Source of the DNA: Squalus acanthias | Taxonomy: Eukaryota | Assembly: GCA_030390025.1 (NCBI GenBank) | Contig: CM059432.1 | Location: 104,906,001 to 104,970,000, forward strand | DNA: 64,000 nucleotides | Reading direction: 5' to 3' | In this document: positions 37,141-49,466 of the stretch, in pieces | How the letters are laid out: every line of letters begins with the position of its first letter | Position numbering within the stretch: position 1 is the stretch's first letter | Program-made: the position numbers and the translations under genes | The notes under the pieces: model-generated | Database searches by the model: none | Seen by the model: the letters and a program-made list of their open reading frames with translations, nothing else | What the model was told of the DNA's origin: nothing

Positions 37141-38687
37141 GATTGAAGTAAATGGGCTTTTTAACTTAAAATAAAGTCAGGAATAGAGGAAGCTAGTACA
37201 AAATTCATGTGTCTCAAGCAAGGTCAGAGCTCAGAAAAAAACCTCTTCCATCCTCCCCCCACCCCCCAGCCAAATTACTCTCATTCTAGATAGTCTTATA
37301 TACCCATGATTATTCCTTTTGTAAGGTTAGTTTCTTTTTCCTACAGTTTTGCCACCACAACATAACCTGCCAATTCACTGAAGTATATCCAATGTAATCT
37401 ATTTTTTTTTTTTAAAAGCAGTCGTAAAATATTCTGTTGTCAGGTAAATCATTGTTAAAAATGATCTCATAACTAAGCTTTTGTGCTAAAGCACAAAATT
37501 GACATCTTTTCAATCCAAGTAAATGCAACAAAAAAAAAAATCAGGTGCACTTAGTAAAAGTACCATAAATTAAGCCAGAAACTTTTCTGCACGTTGTGTT
37601 TGATTGCTACACTGATCTGAAGTAGCTCGTGGGAGGACTGGAGCTTTGAAGAATTCTTTTGTCCCCTGAAGCAAAGAAATGGGAGATAAAATTCACTCTC
37701 CCTGCCTTTCTCCACTCCATTATAAAGGGGCCCATGGGACTCTCAAACTTGTGCATTCTTCAGTTACAACACATAATTACTGCCGAGTCAGAAATTGTTA
37801 AGTACACACCAGACTGAAGTGTAGAATACTAATGTACCACTTCCAGTTGTAATAATTTTATGTAAGCAGACATGTGTATGATGACACATCCTAATCAAAG
37901 CATTATATTTCAACAAATAATTCATCAGGATTTATCTATCTATATAGGAAGGAACAAGTGCTTTCTCCTCCCCCCTCCTTACCCCAAATATTCAGCCTTT
38001 TCCACTTCTATTAAGAGGTGTTTTGGTCATTTAATTGATTATTTAATATAAATAAAAAAACAAAATGCAACGCTCAATACTGAAGCTAAGTTTCTCCTCC
38101 CAGGGCTGTACAAATTCACATTGGGCCAGTTGGATTGGGATCTTACAATTCAGCATGTATTGAAACTCATCTCTGCCTTGAATTAGTTGATGACGAATAT
38201 TAAATTACCAGTGCAAAACATACAGTGCCTGTCCCCTTGAGGCAGAAACTAAACAGAGATTCACCACCTGATGCAAGACTCACAAGGCACAGCTAGTAGA
38301 AAATCCAGTACCTGAAGATGCAACCCTTTAGACCAATTAAAGATCAGAATAAAATTCTTGTTTAAACCAGAAAAGGATACCTTCCTGATGGCTTAGTGGG
38401 TAAAAGCAGTACATTATGTGACACTGAGATATACAGACCATGAAGATGTGTGCTGCAAAGTTGCTATTTGGGCTTATTTAATATATTGCTACCAACATGC
38501 CATCAGAAAACCACACTTGACTCACTGTGCTTTACTGTTGCACTACAAGCTTCTTTTGTGATATTCATCATTCATATACCACCAGTCTCACAGCCAGGTG
38601 TTTGGGACCTAATTTTAATCCAGTGACCCCTGCTGGACAGTGTGTGTCTGCAGCCATTACATGATGGCAGGATGCCCTTCATGGGTT

Positions 38688-39125
38688 CATAGAATCATAG
38701 ATTGGTACAGCACAGAAGGAGGCCATACGGCCCATCGAGTCTGCTCTGGCTCTTTCGAAGAGCAATCCAGTTAGTCCCAACTCTCCCACTCTTTCCCCAT
38801 AGCCCTGCAATTTTTCTCCTTCAAGTATTTATCCAATTCCCTTTGAAGGTCACTATTGAATCTGTTTCCACCACCCTATCAGGCAGTGCATTCCAAATCC
38901 TAACCACTCGCTTCGTAGAAAAGATTTCCTCATGCCACCCCTGGCTCTTTGGCCAATCACATTAAATCTGTGCCCTCTGGTTACCGAGCCTTCAGCCACT
39001 GGAAACAGTTTCTCTTTATTTACTCTATCTAAACCCTTCATGATTGTGAACACCTCTATCAAATCTCCTCTTAGCCTTCTCTGCTCCAAGGAGCAGAAGC
39101 CCAGCTTCTCCAGTCTAACCATACA
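38688..39125 (-). mobile_element. CR1 LINE 3' end
   Basis: ORF 38853-39122 reads RLEKLGFCSLEQRRLRGDLIEVF..VTRGHRF. Tail CATAGAATCATAG. Confidence 0.9.
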
Positions 39126-40017
39126 GTTAAAAACCTTTTGTCGTCTCAGTGAATTGTATTATTCCAACGGCAAATCCAAGTACTTTATAAAAAAAAAACT
39201 TGTAAGCAGGAGGTTCACTTATGGGAGTGGTGTTAAACCCGAGAGAATATCTTGTGCAACACACAAAAATCGCTAGCCAGCTTAATAGACTACTGACACT
39301 GTCTGAGCTCGCACAGAAAGGGCCACTTGGGCCTAATATTGGAAGTTTCCAATGCCATGGAACCAGGTGGGAGATGTGGTTGGGTAGAAAAATAGTTCCT
39401 TTCAGGACAGTGTGTTGACATCTAGTTATTGTGATACCAACATACTTTGCTGTGCGATGATACAATGCAGCTTTGTATCAGCAAACTACCATGAGATCCA
39501 AATTACAACAAGATGGCTGATCATCACAAAAGATTCAGAACAGAATAAATTAATACAGGCATGTCTTGTGTCCTTAGTGCTGATTATTATAGAACAGTAT
39601 TTCCATATAATTTGTCACGGTGAGTGAGTGATGCAAAACACCAGGTGTTAAGAGAGAAACCAGTAATCCACAAGAGGGAATTACTTCTTTAAAAATCTAT
39701 AAATGGAGAAAACTACTCAATTTGAATTCGGCATAAACTTTCAACAGTATACAACAACAGCGTTTAATGGTTAACTTATATTGGCAAATTCCTTCCTGAA
39801 GCAGATGCCAATGTTGGCTTCTCATCCTGCTCCCCCCACTGAAGAAACTGCCTTTATATTGATTGGTGTTTGAATTTGGATTCAGGCAGTCCGTGATTTG
39901 GCGCTTATGTTGTTAAATCTGCTTTCAGTAGACTAGCAGCAGACTTGTAGACACAGGTAAAACTACAAGTTCACTGCCAGTCTACAGAAACAGGATTTAT
40001 ACAGAATTAAACATGCG

Positions 40018-41135
40018 GACTTGAGCACAAAATTTAGGCCGACACTTCAGTGTAGTAGTGAGGGAGTGCTGCATTGTTGGAGGTGCTGTCTTTCGGATGA
40101 GATGTTAAACCAAGGCCCCATCTGCCCTCTCAGGTGGATGCAAATAATCCCATGGCACTATTTCATAGAATAGCAGGGGAGTTCTCCCCGGTGTCCCGGG
40201 GCCAATATTTCATAGAATAGCAGGGGAGTTCTCCCCGGTGTCCTGGGGCCAATATTTCATAGAATAGCAGGGGAGTTCTCCCCGGTGTCCTGGGGCCAAT
40301 ATTTCATAGAATAGCAGGGGAGTTCTCCCCGGTGTCCCGGGGCCAATATTTCATAGAATAGCAGGGGAGTTCTCCCCGGTGTCCTGGGGCCAATATTTCA
40401 TAGAATAGCAGGGGAGTTCTCCCCGGTGTCCTGGCCAATATTTCATAGAATAGCAGGGGAGTTCTCCCCGGTGTCCCGGCCAATATTTCATAGAATAGCA
40501 GGGGAGTTCTCCCCGGTGTCCTGGGGCCAATATTTCATAGAATAGCAGGGGAGTTCTCCCCGGTGTCCCGGCCAATATTTCATAGAATAGCAGGGGAGTT
40601 CTCCCCGGTGTCCTGGGCCAATATTTCATAGAATAGCAGAGGAGTTCTCCCCGGTGTCCGGCCAATATTTCATAGAATAGCAGAGGAGTTCTCCCCGGTG
40701 TCCTGGGGCCAATATTTCATAGAATAGCAGGGGAGTTCTCCCCGGTGTCCTGGGGCCAATATTTCATAGAATAGCAGAGGAGTTCTCCCCGGTGTCCCGG
40801 CCAATATTTCATAGAATAGCAGGGGAGTTCTCCCCGGTGTCCCGGGGCCAATATTTCATAGAATAGCAGAGGAGTTCTCCCCGGTGTCCTGGCCAATATT
40901 TCATAGAATAGCAGGGGAGTTCTCCCCGGTGTCCTGGGGCCAATATTTATCCTTCAACCAACAGCTAAAAACAGATTATCTGGTCATTATCACATTGCTG
41001 TTTGTGGGATCTTGCTGTGCGCAAATTAGCTGCCGTGTTTCCTACCTTACAACAGTGACTACACTTCAAAAGTAAAGTGCTTTGAGACGCCCCGAGTTCG
41101 TGAAAGGCGATATATAAATGCAAGTCAGTCTTTCT
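40018..41135 (+). mobile_element. Deu-domain SINE hosting a minisatellite
   Basis: SINE sequence runs up to ATCCCATGGCACTATTT and resumes after the array at ATCCTTCAACCAAC...TATATAAATGCAAGTC. Confidence 0.9.
40159..40948 (+). repeat. Minisatellite, 17 units of 44-47 bp
   Basis: Unit TATTTCATAGAATAGCAG(G/A)GGAGTTCTCCCCGGTGTCC(Y)G2-4CCAA. I counted 17 CATAGAATAGC starts from 40164 to 40902. No spacers. Confidence 0.97.
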
Positions 41136-41339
41136 TAGAAAATGTTGTGATTGGGGGGAAAAAGTACACTGATGAGTGTGTCTATAAAATGGGCGCGCAC
41201 TTTAACATCGAATGTGTTTGACTATGAAATGAATGTGCAGCATGTGGATTACTGCCAATCTGACTACAAACAGGGACATGGTGTTCTGTATATACACTCG
41301 TAGAGTACTGCCATAGCGCTGCCCCATTTTACCAGCCAA

Positions 41340-41399
41340 CGCAGATTGCGCATAAATCGTGTTCGCATGAACGTGCCCGCTATAAACGGTGGGTTACTG
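41340..41399. mobile_element. Solo Tigger-like terminal repeat remnant
   Basis: Reverse complement reads TA-CAGTAACCCACCGTTTATAGCGG, similar to pogo/Tigger ends. No partner TIR found. Confidence 0.35.
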
Positions 41400-42119
41400 T
41401 ATCTGGGTTCACATAAGAATGGCCACTGGAAAACACTGATTAAACACATGCACACACACTAGTTGACCTCCCGTGACACTGCTCCCCGATTTGTACAGTG
41501 GGGGTCTTACCCCCTTCTCGATTACTGTTGGTGAGTGGTACTCAGTGCATTGTGATTAGCAGTGGACAAATGTAATTTAAAAAGAAAACTGCTTTCAGTT
41601 TATTATTAGTCGTAAACCTCTCGGGCATTAGTCTATGATTTCAGAGTAGAGCACACCAGCACTGTAATCATCAGTTCAATCTTTCTCCACAGATGCACGC
41701 ATTATGTAGAGCAAAATAAGTTTGCATTTATGACTAGATACTGTCAGATTAATTATTACAGTGACAAATCTTTTGTGCAAGATCTTGTTCTCAAACGACA
41801 AACTTTGAGTTGTCTATTGCCTATTTACTGGATAAACCTATTCAATACAGACTTGCAACTCAATACATATACAACATTCTCTTCATTTTTCTATCCTTCC
41901 CAACACACACACCAATTAATAGCTCAGTCACGCTTGGAAATCTTATCTCAGATCAGGATTTGAAACTAATCAAGGGTTTCAGATGTGTAGCTTCAAGTAT
42001 TCATTTCACTTGTTTCTGGCTTTGAAAGGGTAAGACTGAACACCTACCACCTAAGAGAAATAGCTTAATACAAAGGGCTCAAGAAGCCCAGAAATGACTA
42101 TTAGTCAACTGTACCCTCT

Positions 42120-42548
42120 AGAAAGACTTGCATTTATATAGCACCTTTCACAACCACCAGACATTCCAAAGCACTTTACAGAGATACTTTTGGAGTGTAG
42201 TCACTGTTGTAATGTAGGAAATGCAGCAGCCAATTTGTGCACAAACAGCAATGTGATAATGACCAGATAATCTGTTTTTGTTATGTTGACTGAGGGATAA
42301 ATATTGGCCAGGACACTGGGGATAACTCCCCTGCTCTTCTTCGAAATAGTGCCCATGGGATCCTTTAAGTCTACCTGAGATGGGCCTCAGTTTAACGTCT
42401 CATCCGAAAGACGGCACCACCAACAGTGCAGCACTCCCTCAGCATTGCACTGGAGTGTCAACCTAGATTTTTGTGCTCAAGTCCCTGGAGTGAACCCACA
42501 ACCTTCTGACTCAGAGGCGAGGGTGCTATCAACTGAGCCACAGCTGAC
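42120..42548 (-). mobile_element. Full-length Deu-domain SINE
   Basis: Reverse complement of 12199-12664 from the tail (GAAAGACTTGCATTTATATAGC) to the head (CAACTGAGCCACAGCTGAC). Confidence 0.9.
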
Positions 42549-43967
42549 ACACACACTCTACCCAAACCAAGACACATATGATGGACATCTCCATAAGTTA
42601 GGCTAACCATATAACAAAGTTGCAAATGTATTACACATTCTTCACAAGTGCCAATATTTATCATAGATTATTATGGCTGCCTGGGCACAACGACATGCCC
42701 AATTGGTTCGCCATTAATTTTTAGTGAACATAGTTGTAGCTTTTTATACAGTTTGAGAAAATTAGTTGAAGCCATTTTCTAACATCACTTTGTTATTGGG
42801 CTGTCATACCTGTGAAAATGTGATTATTTCCACTGGTGTTTCTCTACAGAAGTGTCAAAATAAATTCTTGGAACCATGACTTGTAAAAGCAGCTGAACAA
42901 ACTGACAAGGATGCTGTAAATATCTAAAACGTGGGTGGCTATAACCATCTGGACTTTTCAAACAACCGAAGATATGCCATTAAATTCCTGGGAGAATAGT
43001 GTGCATTTCATCTTGTGCTTACTGTATCTGAATAAAGTACATCATGATATATTTTGTTTCTTCAGTTTACGGAGGCGCTCAACGTATTTTCAGTTACACC
43101 ATATAACACCAGTAACTACAAGGATATGCAAACAACTATACAGCACAAAAGACAGCTGTATGTACAATTCTGCAAGGGAAGTAAGGAGCACTCGATCTTT
43201 AAAACCAGACACAAATTTTGTATTCGGTTATCTGGAGTACAGTGCCAATGACATGGAAACCACCAGTAAATGAAGGAGAACCAAAACTTTAATCAACCAG
43301 AAGCCTGATACAAAAAGATACCAGGAAAGCCCATTCCAATTGTGCATTAAAATGCTCTAAATGAATCTGAAGTAAATTTACAGAAATACAACCTCTTCAA
43401 CCACCACCAGATTCACACAGGTCAATTATACACCTCATTTATATAAGTAATCAAATACATTAAAGTACATCCACATTTGTAAATAAGCTTCAGTCCCAGA
43501 ATAAGCTTCATGGAAATGTTGTAATGCACATTGGAAAGGCTACAGTATTTTTCATTTTCATACTTTAAAGGCATTGTTCTGAAGTACCTATATACCATGA
43601 AGGCATAAGCAGATTAACAACTGACTCAGTTTCACCAATACCATTGTTCGCATGAAAAGAATCTTAACACGGTCTACCATAAATATTATGCATTATGACA
43701 TTTTCATAAGTTTATGGGAGAAGCATAAACTGTCTTGTTATTAACAGTTTTTATTGATACATTTGGTGGTCCCAGGCAATGCCTCAGCTCCAAGCCTTGT
43801 GGAATGTCACCAATCTATGCAAGAAGGGACTTGTCACTACGGATGGCATAACGGTGGATATCAAAAGAGCTGCAGGTTCTCAACAATTATTTCACCAGTG
43901 TGTTAAATGTAAACTATTAATTTTTTATTACAGCGTAATAAGAGCCAGCAAAAAAATAAATTAAGAT

Positions 43968-44905
43968 TTAAAAAAATTAATTCTTGGAATGTGGGCGTCA
44001 CTGGCAAGGCAGGCATTTATTGCCCATCTCCAGTTCCCCTCGAGAAGGCGATGGCTAGCCTTCTTCTTGAACTGCAGTCGAGTGGTGAAGGTGTTCCCAG
44101 TGATGTAAGGTAGTACGTTACAGGATTTTGACCCAGTGATGATGAAGGAACAGCGATATATGTCCAAGTCAGGGTAATGTGTGACTTGGAGATGGTGGTG
44201 TTCCCATGCAGCTACTGCCCGTGTCCATCTAGGTGGTGGAAGTCACGTGTTTGGGAGGTGCTGCTGAAGAAGCCGTGGCAACTTGCTGCAGTGCACAGTA
44301 TGCCGTTGATGGGGGGTCGATATTTATGCAAGTGGATGAAGTGCCAGTCTAGTGAACTGCTTTATTCCAGATGGTGGTGAGCTTAGAGTGTTGTTGCATC
44401 TGCACTCATCCAGGCAAGTGAGAGTACTATATCACACTTCTGACTTATGCCTTGTAGGTGGTGGAGAGTCTTTGAGTCAGGAGGTGAGTCACTCGCACAG
44501 AATTCCCAGCCTCTGACCTGCTCTAGTGGCCACGGCACTTATGTGACAGATCCACGTGAGTTTCTGGTCAATGGTGACTGACAGGATGTTAATGGTGGGG
44601 GTCTCGGCGATGGTAATGCCATTGTATGTTAGGCTCTCTCTTGTTGAAGATGGTCATTGCCTGGCACTTGTGTGGTGCAAATGGTACTTGCCACGTACCA
44701 GCCCAAGCATGGCTGTTGCTCCGGTCTTCGTGTATGTGGGCATGAACTGCTTTGTTATCTGTGGAATTGCAAATGGAGCTGAACACTGTGCAATTATCAG
44801 CGGACAGCCCACTTCTGACTTTATAATAGAGGGAAGATCATTGATAAAGCAGCTGAAGATAGTTAAGCCTAGGATATCCTGCAGTGATGTCTTGGGGCTG
44901 AGATA
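43968..44905 (-). mobile_element. CR1-clade LINE, same family as 33821-35810
   Basis: Colinear with ~33821-34680 (GTCACTGGCAAGGC..CATTTATTGCCCATC; CACTCATCCAGGCAAGTG). Translates WQVPFAPHKCQAMTI. Confidence 0.8.
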
Positions 44906-45319
44906 GTTACATTCAGAGCCAATTTTTAAAATATCAGCTATTTAAAACTACTGTTGCAATGCTACAGGGCCTAGCAGCAAGTCCTTTCAGGCCTCACTAA
45001 AATAGTCATGTTAAATCTTCAATGAGATATCGGCAGGAGCTGCTGCTTAAACCTTGAAGACAATCACAGATTAGTCAACATGCAGAGACCATTTTGCTCT
45101 CGTGGCTGAAACAAGAACCATAAGCTCTGGGGAAAAGCAGCTCAAAAGAAGTTTAGTGTCCATCAGAACTAAAAAGGAAAAACTGTTTTGTGGAGATTGT
45201 TGAAAGATTTTTATCTGCATAGTGTAATATTTTGACCAGCCAATGCTAACCTAAGTATGGTGCTTAACCCATTGAGGAATTCAGTAGAATCAGTGCAAAG
45301 CAGAGGCAATTAATAAATT

Positions 45320-48300
45320 ACAACAGCTTGCATTTATATAGCGCCTTTAATATAGTAAAACGTCCCAAGGAGCATTATCAAACAAAATTTACACCGAGCC
45401 ACATAAGGAGAAATTAGGGCAGATGACCAAAAGCTTGGTCAAAGAGGTAGGTTTTAAGGAGTGCCTTAAAAGGAGGAGAGAGGGATAGAGAGGAGAGGTT
45501 TAGAGAGGGAATTCCAGAGCTTCATGCCCTGGCAGCTGAAGGTACGACCAATAGTTGAGCGATTAAAATCGGGGATGCTGAAGAGGCCAGAATTAGAGAA
45601 GCGCAGATATCTCGGGGGGTTGTGGGGCTGGAGGAGCGAGGCCATGGAGAGATATGGAAAAAAGGATAAGAATTTTTAAATCCAGGCGCTGCTTAACCGG
45701 GAGCCAATGTAGGTCAGCGAGCACAGGGGTGATGGGTGAACGGGACTTGATGCAAGTTAGGGCATGGGCAGCAGAGTTTTGAATGACCTCAAGTTTACGA
45801 CGGGTAGAACGTGGGAGGTCGGCCAAAAGTGAGTTGGAATAGTCAATTCTAGAGGTAACAAAGGCATGGATGAGGGTTTCAACAGCAGATGAGCTGGGGC
45901 AGGGGCAGAGTCGGGCGATGTTCCGGAGGTGGAAATAGGCGGCCTTAGTAATGGTGTGGATATGTGCTCGGAAGCCCATCTCGGGGTCAAATATGACACC
46001 AAGGTTGCACAGTCTGGTTCGACCTCAGACAGTTGCCGGGGAGAGGGATGGAGTCGGTGGCTAGAGAACGGAGTTTGTGGCAGGGACCGAAGACAATGGC
46101 TTTGGTCGAAACTAATATTGAATCAGGGACAGGGACTCAACAAAATTAACGTAAGCAAATTAACAGTAATGAAGAAAATAATGGTACTAAAGAGTGACAA
46201 ATCCCCAGGACCAGATATGTTCCATCCCTGGGTTTTAAAGGAAGTGGGTGAGCACATTGCAGATGCCTTAACTATAATCTTCCAAAGTTCTCGATTCAGG
46301 AACCATTCTGTTAGATTAGAAAATTGCGCATGTCGCTCCGCTATTTAAGAATGGCGAGAGAGGTAAACCAGGGAATTATAGATCAGTTAGCCTAACATCT
46401 GTTGTCAGGAAATTACTAGAATCTATAAGTAAGGACAGGGTGACTGAACACCGTGGAAAATTTTCAGCTGATCAGAGAGCCAGCATGGATTTGTAATGGG
46501 TAGGTCATGCCTGACAAACCTGATTGATTGAATTTTTTGAAGAAGTGACTAAAGCAGTGGACAGGGGAATGTCTATGGATGTTATTTATGTGGACTTCCA
46601 GAAGGCATTTGATAAAGTCTCACTTAAGAGATTGTTGCAGCCCATGGAATTGAAGGCAAATTATTGACCTGGCTAGAAAATTGGCTGTGGTGCATGAGAC
46701 GGGGAATAGGGATAATGGGCAGGTACTCTAATTGACAGGATGGGACTAGTGGTGTCCTGCAGGGATCTGTTTTGGGGCCTTAACTATTCACTGTATTTAT
46801 TAACGACTTAGATGATGGGATAGAAAGCCACACATCTAAATTGGCCGATGTCACAAAGATAGGCGGCATTGTAAGCAATGTAGATGAAAGCATAAAATCA
46901 CAGAGATATTGATAGATTAAGTGAATGAGCAAAACTGTGGCAAATAGATTTCAATGTAGGCAAATGTAAGGTCATCCACTTTGGACCTAAAAAAGGATAG
47001 AACAGGGTAGTTTCTAAAGGGTGAAAAGCTAAAAACAGTGGAGGTCCAGAGACTTGGGGGTCCAGGTACATAATCATTAAAATGCCATGAGCAGGTACAG
47101 AAAATAATCAAAAAGGCGAATGGAATGCTGGCCTTTATATCTAAAGGACTAGAATACAAGGAGGTAGAAGTTATGCTGCAGCTATACGAAGCATTGGTTA
47201 GACCACACCTGGAGTACTGTGAGCAGTTCTGGGCACCACACCTTAGGAAAGATACATTGGCCTTGGAGGGAGTGCAGCGTAGGTTTACCAGAATGATACC
47301 CGGACTCCTGGGGTTAAATTACGAGGAGAGATTACACAAATTAGGGTTGTGTTCCCTGGAATTTAGAAGGTTAAAGGGTGATTTGATCAAAGTTTAAGAT
47401 ATTAAGGGGAACAGATAGGGTAGATAGAGAGAAACTATTTCTGCTGGTTGGGGAGTCTAGGACGAGGGGGCAGAGTCTAAAAATTAGAGTCAGACCTTTC
47501 AGGAGTGAAATTAGGAAACACTTCTACACACAAAGGGCAATTGATGCTAGATCAACTGTTAATTTTAAACCTGAGATGGATAGATTTTTGTTATCCAAAG
47601 GTATTAAGAGATATGTGGCAAAGACGGGTATATGGAGTTAGGTCACAGATCAGCCATGATCTCAGTGAATGGCAGAACAGGCTCGAGGGGCTAAATGGGC
47701 TACCCCTATTCCTATGTTCCCAATATTTAATTGGAGAAAATTTCTCCTCATCCAGTACTGGATGTTGGACAAGCAGTCTGAAAATTTAGAGACAGTGGAG
47801 AGGTCGAGAGAGGTGGTGGTGAGGTAGAGCTGGGTGTCGTCAGCGTACGTGTAAACTGACGCTGTGTTTTCAGATGATGTCGCCGAGGAGCAGCATGTAG
47901 ATGAGAAATAGGAGGGGGCCAAGGATAGATTAGATCCAGATGGGACACCAGAGGTAACTGTGCGGGAGAAGGAAGAAAAGCCATTGCAGGTGATATTCTC
48001 TCTGCAATTAAATAGATAAGAATGGAACCAGGCAAGTGCAGTCCCACCCAGCTGGACAACGATGGAGAGGCATTGGAGCAGGATGGAGTGGTCAACCGCA
48101 TGAAAGGCTGCAGACAGGTCGAGAAGGACGAGGAGGGATAGTTTACCTTTGTCACAGTCAGATAGGATGTCATTTGTGACTTTGATAAGAGCCGTTTTGG
48201 TACTGTGGCAGGGGCGGAAACCCGATTTAGAGATTCAAACATGGTGTTCCGGGAAAGATGGGCACGGATTTGGGAGGCGACAGCACATTCAAGGACTTGA

Positions 48301-49466
48301 GAGGAAAGGGAGGTTGGAGATGGGGCGGTAGTTTGTAAGGATGGAGGGGTCAAGGGTTTGTTTTTTTGAGGAGAGGGGTGATGACGGCAGATTTCAGGGA
48401 GAGGGGGACAGGACCTGAGGAGAGAGAACCGTTAACAATGCCAGCTAACATGGGAGCCAGCAAAGGAAGTTGGGTGGTCAGCAGTTTGGTGGGAATAGTG
48501 TCGAGGGAGCAGGAAATGGGTCTCATGGACAAGATGAGCGCGGAGAGGTCATGAGGGGAGATCGGAGAGAAACTGGAGAAAGATGGGAGTTCAGGGCTAG
48601 GGCAGGGGGTAACCTTAAGAGGAAGTTTGGCCCGGTGGGCTAGGAGAAGGAAGGGAAGTGGCAGAGGCAGCTGAACGGATTGTCTCAATCTTAGAGACAA
48701 AGTAGTCCATGTGCTCCTCACACTTGTTGTCGGAGGTGAGGGTGGAGGAGACAGCGAGAGGGGTTTAAGACGACAGTTAGCAGTGGAGGATAGAAGCCGG
48801 GGTTTATATTTGCATTCCAGAATGCTTCTGGAATAGTGAGCAATTTTGGCAGACGAGAGCAGGACCCGATAATGCTTTATGTGGTCCAGCCAGATGTGGA
48901 GGTGAATGGCTAAACCAGTTGTCCGTCATATCCGTTCAAGTCTGCATCCCTTGGACTTAAGGGAGTGAAGATGAGGGCCGTACCAGGGGAAATGGCCAGG
49001 GTGAGACAGAGTAATTGTTTTAATAGGGACTAGGGCATCAATGGTGGTGGTGAGGGTGTGGTTGAGCAGATCGGTAGCTGCAGAAATGTCATAGCGAATG
49101 GAGGTCCAAAGGCTGGACAGTTAGGATTTCATAAGTGTAGTTGTAAGAGAGTTGGGAAAGAGTTTTTTCCAGGGGCAGACACAGAAGGAAGTAGGGTTGG
49201 GGGGGGGGGGGGGGAAAGGGGGATGTGGGTGGAGAGCGACACGAGGAAGTGGTCAGAGGTGGCCTTATCTGCAATTGACATGATGGGAGTAGCGAGGCCA
49301 CGAGAGATGGCAAGGTCGAGGGGGTGGCTGTGAATATGGGTTGGGAAGTTTACATGGAGGGAGAGATTAAGGGAGGATAGGAGGCTAGTGAACTCGGAGG
49401 AGAGAGAGCATGATGAATTGAGATGGAGGTTGAAATCAGCGAGGATGAGAAGTCGTTCGGTGCAGA
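45320..49466 (-). mobile_element. L2 LINE (endonuclease remnant to 3' tail), split by a CR1
   Basis: Endonuclease-like ILADFNLHL near 49420-49450, SCSLDTIPTKLL, YTYADDTQLYL, LIHAFVTSRIDYSNSLL and LHWLPV. L2 tail at 45320. Confidence 0.9.
46108..47716 (+). mobile_element. CR1 LINE inserted into L2
   Basis: KSPGPDMFHP.VLKE, DFQKAFDKV, LVRPHLEYCEQFWAP and a TTCCTATGTTCC tail. The L2 sequence GGTC|TTCCCAATATTT is continuous across the insertion. Confidence 0.9.

Noticed and set aside
40351..40665. 104-aa repetitive ORF (PGHRGELPCYSMKYW)n
   Set aside because: It is a by-product of the minisatellite. Unit lengths of 44-47 bp do not preserve frame.
40159..40948. CRISPR array, suggested by regular palindromic repeats
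   Set aside because: The units are contiguous with no unique spacers, derive from a SINE, and there are no cas genes. The context is vertebrate.
41170..41205. Additional hammerhead (CTGATGAG followed by a hairpin)
   Set aside because: There is no GAAA core after the stem. The same applies to CTGATGAG at ~56056 and CTGACGAG at ~33433.
41693..41709. Plus-strand terminal coding exon (xARIM-stop) after CTTTCTCCACAG
   Set aside because: It cannot be linked to any upstream exon. The motif also resembles the PLE terminus, and local composition favours the opposite strand.
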